Source: an uncultured delta proteobacterium (GTDB lineage: Bacteria; Desulfobacterota; RBG-13-43-22). Taken from it: DNA of 64,000 nucleotides. A program made the translations under genes and the position numbers. A model generated the notes under the pieces. The model worked only from the letters and a program-made list of their open reading frames with translations. It was not told the DNA's origin and did no database searches. Below are positions 59,631 to 64,000 of this stretch, piece by piece (position 1 is the stretch's first letter; every line of letters starts with the position of its first letter). Location of the stretch: assembly GCA_963843145.1 (NCBI GenBank), contig CAWJJC010000025.1, positions 42,299-106,298 of the forward strand, written 5' to 3'.

Positions 59631-60065
59631 CTAACCCTGTTGTTTTAGACGCAACGCTTCCAATTCCTTCTTTAGCGCCAGGTTTTCCTTCTGGAGGCGC
59701 CGGAATTTCATGGCCTTTTCTACGGTCAGCAGAATCTGCTCCTGGCGGAAAGGCTTGGTAATATAATCCAGGGCCCCCTTGCGCATGGCCTCAATGGCCG
59801 ATTCGACGGTTCCGTAAGCCGTCAGGATAATATACGGAAGCTGGGGGTCGACCTTTCGCACCCGATCCAGCAATTCCATGCCGTCCATTTGAGGCATCCG
59901 CAGGTCACTGATCAACAAATCAAAGCCGCCTTTTTCAAGTAGCTCTGGGACCTCTTGGGGATTGCTGACGGTTACTACCTGGTAGGCGGTCCGATCGGTG
60001 ATGATCAGTTCCAGCAGCTCCCGCATATCCAATTCATCATCGACGATCAGTATTTTTTCAGACAT
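59631..60065 (-). CDS. Single-domain response regulator
   Basis: ILIVDDE, DLRMPQMDG, LTAYG, KPF. Confidence 0.9.
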   Translation of the reverse strand: MSEKILIVDDELDMRELLELIITDRTAYQVVTVSNPQEVPELLEKGGFDLLISDLRMPQMDGMELLDRVRKVDPQLPYIILTAYGTVESAIEAMRKGALDYITKPFRQEQILLTVEKAMKFRRLQKENLALKKELEALRLKQQG

Positions 60066-62328
60066 CGCGGTCTGCCTTGACGTCTACCCCCCGCCGGGAA
60101 TGGTACGCCGGAAAAGTAAGGGTAAAAACCGTCCCGTGATGATCGGGATCTTCCTCGGGGGTTTTGGTCCCCATTTGGATTGTGCCCCCGTATTGGGTAA
60201 TGATATTATAGGTTACGGTGAGGCCCAGACCGGTTCCTTCGCCGACCTGCTTGGTGGTAAAAAAAGGATCGTAAATGCGCTCCCGGTTTTCCTTGCGGAT
60301 CCCGGTCCCGGTGTCGGCAATCACGATTTTGACTCGGTCGGTGTTGGCCTCCCAGTCGGTGGACAAGGTCAGGGCCCCGCCCTCCGGCATGGCCCCCATG
60401 GCATTGCCGATCAGGTTCATAAAGACCTGTTTTAGTTGAACCGGATCGGCCTGAATCCGAGGCAGGTCTTTCCCCAGGTTTAATGTGACCTGAACTTTTT
60501 TTAACATCAGGTTATTCCGGACCACATCCAAAATATTTTCCAGATGGGCGTTCACGTCGCTGATGTCGTCGTAGTGCTCGCTGTAGCGGGAAAAGCTGAG
60601 CAGGTTTTCCACGATCCGTTTGCACTGGTTCCCCTGGCGCTCGATCTTCTCTAAAATCTTGTAGGCCTTCTCTTCCGGAGGCGTCTTTTCAATCAAATAT
60701 TCGCAATAGCCTAAAATAATGCCGAGCGGATTGTTGATCTCATGGGCCACCCCGGCGGCCAGAAGGCCCAGGGAAGCCAGTTTCTCGGTGTTCATCATCT
60801 GTTTTTCGATTTTCTTTTTTTCGGTGACATTCCGTGAAATTCCCAGGACGGCCTGCACCTGACCTTGCTCGTTCTTAATGGCAATCAATTGCGTCTGGAG
60901 CCAGTGTTCATTCTCCGCTATGCGAACCATATGCTCAATAACCTTGGGTTTGCCTCTTTGCCAGACTTCCTCAATCACCAAGGGGTTGAAGTCTTCGGAG
61001 GTCCCTAAGACCCGAAAGATCTTTTGTCCCAGAAAGGCCCGAGGCCCTGAAGATTGCGCTTTCTTGACAAGGTCCATTTCAGTTCCGGCTTTATCTCCCG
61101 TACCTTGCAGAAAGCTGGCCCCGTAATAGTTAAGAGATAGAAACCGCCCTTCCCGATCGAGGGAATAAATCAAATCTTCGGCGCTTTCCACCAATCGTTT
61201 GTACCGCTCTTCGGATTGCCGCAGGTCTTTGGTCTTTTCTTCTATCTCTTTTTTAAGAATTTTTGCATTCTGCCATTCGTACCCGATGATAAAAATGCTG
61301 CCGCAAAGGATCGCGAATAAAATAAACCCCTGCATAATGAATTGGCGGGTGTAGGCCGTATGAATAACATCATCCACCTCGGTCACCGGGGCGACTACGG
61401 CCACGGCCCAGTTGGGGGGAGTGGTGGGCCCCAGAAGCCGGGCGGGGGCATAGGCGATCAGTTTTTTTATGTTGCCCTGAAACCCGCGATGCCATCCGGA
61501 TACATACCAGGAGGTGCCGGACTGACCCTGGAGCATCTTTTCCTTCTGGATACGGTTGATCTGATCAAAGGAGATTTTCGGCCCCCGCTGTTCTCGGACT
61601 TCAAAGGCATTTTTTCCGATAAATTCCTCGACAGGGTGGTAGATGAAATTTCCCTGGCTGTCGATGGCCCAGGCATATCCGGTTTTTCCGGAGCGGATGT
61701 CCTTGATCATCCGGGTGACCAAATAGCGTCGATCCAGAAGCAAGTAGATATAACCGGCAAACTGGTGGCTGGGAACGGGATGGGCGTCATCGGCGGATTC
61801 CAGGTAGGTGGGCATAAACACTTTGGCTATCTGTCGCTGCGGATACTCTCTGTCGACGGTGGCCGGTTCAAAAAAAATCCGGCTTTTGTTTTCCCATTTA
61901 GAGGCCCAGGCAAAGATGGCACTGTTTCGGAAATCACCCGGAGTGATCATATCTTCATTCTGAGCCGTGACGCTTAGCCGTCTTTTCCCCTCCCGGTCCA
62001 CCCGGCCGATTTCCAGGACCCCGGTATCCCGCATGGTGGAGAGGGTTATCCGGATGCGGTTGGCCCAGGAATATTTTTCCAGGTACTGGACCGAGGGGGA
62101 CTGGTTGAGCGTGGCCAGGTCCTGGGTGAGGTTCAAAAATTGGGTTTCCAGTTGGCGAGCCGCGTGTTGGGCCAGTTCGAGCTGCTGCTGGTTAAATTGG
62201 TCGCTGACGATCTCCTTCATGTTGGTGATGGAATAGAAGCCTAGAATCAATCCAACCATCAGCAGAGTCAGGGTCAGCAATCCGATGCCCAGAATTATTT
62301 TTTTAGAGGAGAGAAACATGAAGGCCAC
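60058..62328 (-). CDS. Cache/PAS sensor histidine kinase (NtrB-type)
   Basis: 2 TM, GKTGYAW Cache, PAS, AHEINNPL, DTGTGI, DPFFTTK..GEGTGLGL. Confidence 0.93.
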   Translation of the reverse strand: MAFMFLSSKKIILGIGLLTLTLLMVGLILGFYSITNMKEIVSDQFNQQQLELAQHAARQLETQFLNLTQDLATLNQSPSVQYLEKYSWANRIRITLSTMRDTGVLEIGRVDREGKRRLSVTAQNEDMITPGDFRNSAIFAWASKWENKSRIFFEPATVDREYPQRQIAKVFMPTYLESADDAHPVPSHQFAGYIYLLLDRRYLVTRMIKDIRSGKTGYAWAIDSQGNFIYHPVEEFIGKNAFEVREQRGPKISFDQINRIQKEKMLQGQSGTSWYVSGWHRGFQGNIKKLIAYAPARLLGPTTPPNWAVAVVAPVTEVDDVIHTAYTRQFIMQGFILFAILCGSIFIIGYEWQNAKILKKEIEEKTKDLRQSEERYKRLVESAEDLIYSLDREGRFLSLNYYGASFLQGTGDKAGTEMDLVKKAQSSGPRAFLGQKIFRVLGTSEDFNPLVIEEVWQRGKPKVIEHMVRIAENEHWLQTQLIAIKNEQGQVQAVLGISRNVTEKKKIEKQMMNTEKLASLGLLAAGVAHEINNPLGIILGYCEYLIEKTPPEEKAYKILEKIERQGNQCKRIVENLLSFSRYSEHYDDISDVNAHLENILDVVRNNLMLKKVQVTLNLGKDLPRIQADPVQLKQVFMNLIGNAMGAMPEGGALTLSTDWEANTDRVKIVIADTGTGIRKENRERIYDPFFTTKQVGEGTGLGLTVTYNIITQYGGTIQMGTKTPEEDPDHHGTVFTLTFPAYHSRRGVDVKADRDV

Positions 62329-62449
62329 TCATAAAGAACAGAGGTTACATTTAAAAATAGTAGCACGAAAATGAATTCGAATACCGCGGTCACTGCTTTC
62401 ACCAGGTAGAGCACCCTGTTATTTCCGCGGCGCGCATCCGCCTCCCGAG

Positions 62450-62890
62450 TTATTTCACCACCAGGACATTCACCCCGGTCTGTTTGATCAACTCCTGGAC
62501 GTGATCTTCTACCTCTCCCCCGAAGAGTATCTTTTCAAAAAAAGATCGGTCTTCATGTCCCAGGACCAGCAGGTCCGCCTTTTCCTCCGCGATGACCTGC
62601 TTCAAGACCTCCAGGACGGCGCCGGTGCGGATAATCTTTTGGGGAGTCACCCCCAGATTCTGGGCCGACTCTGCGGCCCTTTCCAGGGTGTGGCCCCCCA
62701 GGTGTTCCAGGGTCTTTTCCGCGAAATCCGGAGTGAGTTGAATGGTCATGCCCTTCAGAAACTTGGCATCCACGGCATACACATAGGTCAACCCGGCCTG
62801 GTTTTCCTTGGCCAATCGGGCCGCTTCCTGGGCCGCTTTCTGGGAAGGCTCTGAACCGGTAACGCCACAAACGATATTTTTATAAGCCAT
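62450..62890 (-). CDS. Universal stress protein
   Basis: YKNIVCGVTGS, ADLLVLG, VLVVK. Confidence 0.88.
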   Translation of the reverse strand: MAYKNIVCGVTGSEPSQKAAQEAARLAKENQAGLTYVYAVDAKFLKGMTIQLTPDFAEKTLEHLGGHTLERAAESAQNLGVTPQKIIRTGAVLEVLKQVIAEEKADLLVLGHEDRSFFEKILFGGEVEDHVQELIKQTGVNVLVVK

Positions 62891-62986
62891 GAAAGGACTC
62901 CTTTCGAAAATGAACTATTCAGCGACAGATACGGGAGGGCGTCTAGCCCACCCTGACCAAAGTGAATTGCTTCTCAAATTTTTTTA

Positions 62987-64000
62987 TTACATCTCCACCA
63001 GCAACAGCCAAAACGAACAAAGGATAATGGTAATGATCATCGGGATGAAACAGGCCTTGATGTAATACATGAAGGAGATGTGATAGCCGGCCCGTTCGGC
63101 CATGCCCACCGTGACCACGTTGGCGCTGGCCCCGATCATGGTCCCGTTGCCGCCCAGACAGGCCCCCAGGGCCAGGGCCCACCAGAGCACCCCGTGCTGG
63201 GCCCCGGGAATGACCGTGGTCAAATAGGCCACGATGGGCAACATGGTGGCCGTAAAGGGGATATTGTCGATGATGGCCGAGGCGATGGCCGAGACCCAAA
63301 GGATCATCAGAATAGCCGCTACCAGGGAGCCTCCGGAGACGTCCTTGACCCAGTCGGCGATGACCTGGATCAGTCCGGTCTCCTCGGCCCCGGCCACCAC
63401 GATGAAGAGCATCATGAAAAAAATCAGGGTCGGCCACTCGATCTCGTGCTCCAGCATCTCGACAATATCCACCCGGCTGATGACCAAGAGGACCGCGGCC
63501 CCGATCAGGGCGGCGATACTCGGCTCCATGTGCAGGGCCCCATGGATGATGAACAGAAAGACGGTGATCGCCAGCATGATCCCGCAATAGACGAGGAGCT
63601 TGGGATTGGTAATCTTATATTCTTCTCTTAGATGGGCGATCATCTTGGACACGTCTCCCACCTCCGCCTTGAGGTAGCCTTTCTTGTACCAGTAGAGATA
63701 ATAGACGATCGCCACCACCAGACCGATCAGGCAAATGATGGTCAGGTTCTGGACAAAATCCACGAAGCTCAACTTGGCGTAGGAGCCGATCATAATATTG
63801 GGCGGGTCGCCGATCAGGGTGGCCGTGCCGCCCACATTGGAAGCGAAGACCTCGGGGATCAACAGGTGGATCGGGTTGAGTTTGAGGGTCACGGCGATCT
63901 CAATGGTCACCGGGATGATCAACAGCATGGTGGTCACGTTGTCCAGAAAGGCCGAGGTGAAGGCGGTGACGAACATCAGGATAGCCGACAGGGCGAAGAC
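62987..64000 (-). CDS. ArsB/NhaD (SLC13/P-protein-like) transporter, 5' end outside window
   Basis: SAFLDNVTT, ASNVGGTATLIGDPPN, IDNIPF, GGNGTMIGASAN. Confidence 0.9.
   Translation of the reverse strand, partial: VFALSAILMFVTAFTSAFLDNVTTMLLIIPVTIEIAVTLKLNPIHLLIPEVFASNVGGTATLIGDPPNIMIGSYAKLSFVDFVQNLTIICLIGLVVAIVYYLYWYKKGYLKAEVGDVSKMIAHLREEYKITNPKLLVYCGIMLAITVFLFIIHGALHMEPSIAALIGAAVLLVISRVDIVEMLEHEIEWPTLIFFMMLFIVVAGAEETGLIQVIADWVKDVSGGSLVAAILMILWVSAIASAIIDNIPFTATMLPIVAYLTTVIPGAQHGVLWWALALGACLGGNGTMIGASANVVTVGMAERAGYHISFMYYIKACFIPMIITIILCSFWLLLVEM

Overview
64 kb chromosomal window that looks like a Desulfobacterota (deltaproteobacterial) anaerobe; the lineage is inferred from gene content only. 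1-5.4 kb: accessory signalling and small secreted-protein genes ending at tRNA-Val(GAC). 5.6-18.5 kb: housekeeping block on the minus strand (pgsA-like, miaA, mutL, truA, argC, rpsI, rplM, lptD, folC, UvrD/PcrA helicase). 18.9-22.7 kb: YeeE-TusA-DsrE-2 small proteins (YTD-type sulfur-relay cluster), extended by a secreted TPR protein with a C-terminal Gly-Cys and a periplasmic rhodanese. 22.8-45 kb: ArsR-headed metalloid/redox region with thioredoxins, DGC, CcdA, MFS, CDF, two Acr3-like transporters and ArsP. It is interrupted by lgt and a tRNA-Arg-fragment-bounded islet, and contains an Ech-type [NiFe] hydrogenase operon. It also hides at least three probable selenoproteins that the ORF track breaks or misses: a small UxxU (double-Sec) protein at 27414-27725, a BFD-like Fe-S/metallochaperone with GR-U-C, and an ExtKL-type pentaheme cytochrome. 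45.6-54.6 kb: XRE regulator, cysE, ttrBCA/srdBCA-like molybdoenzyme (plus the tail of a displaced paralog), FmdE and porin. 55.7-64 kb: transporter, USP, histidine kinase, three single-domain response regulators and a PEP-synthase-like protein. Many single-base frameshifts suggest residual sequencing indels. All family calls are by motif recognition; no searches were run.
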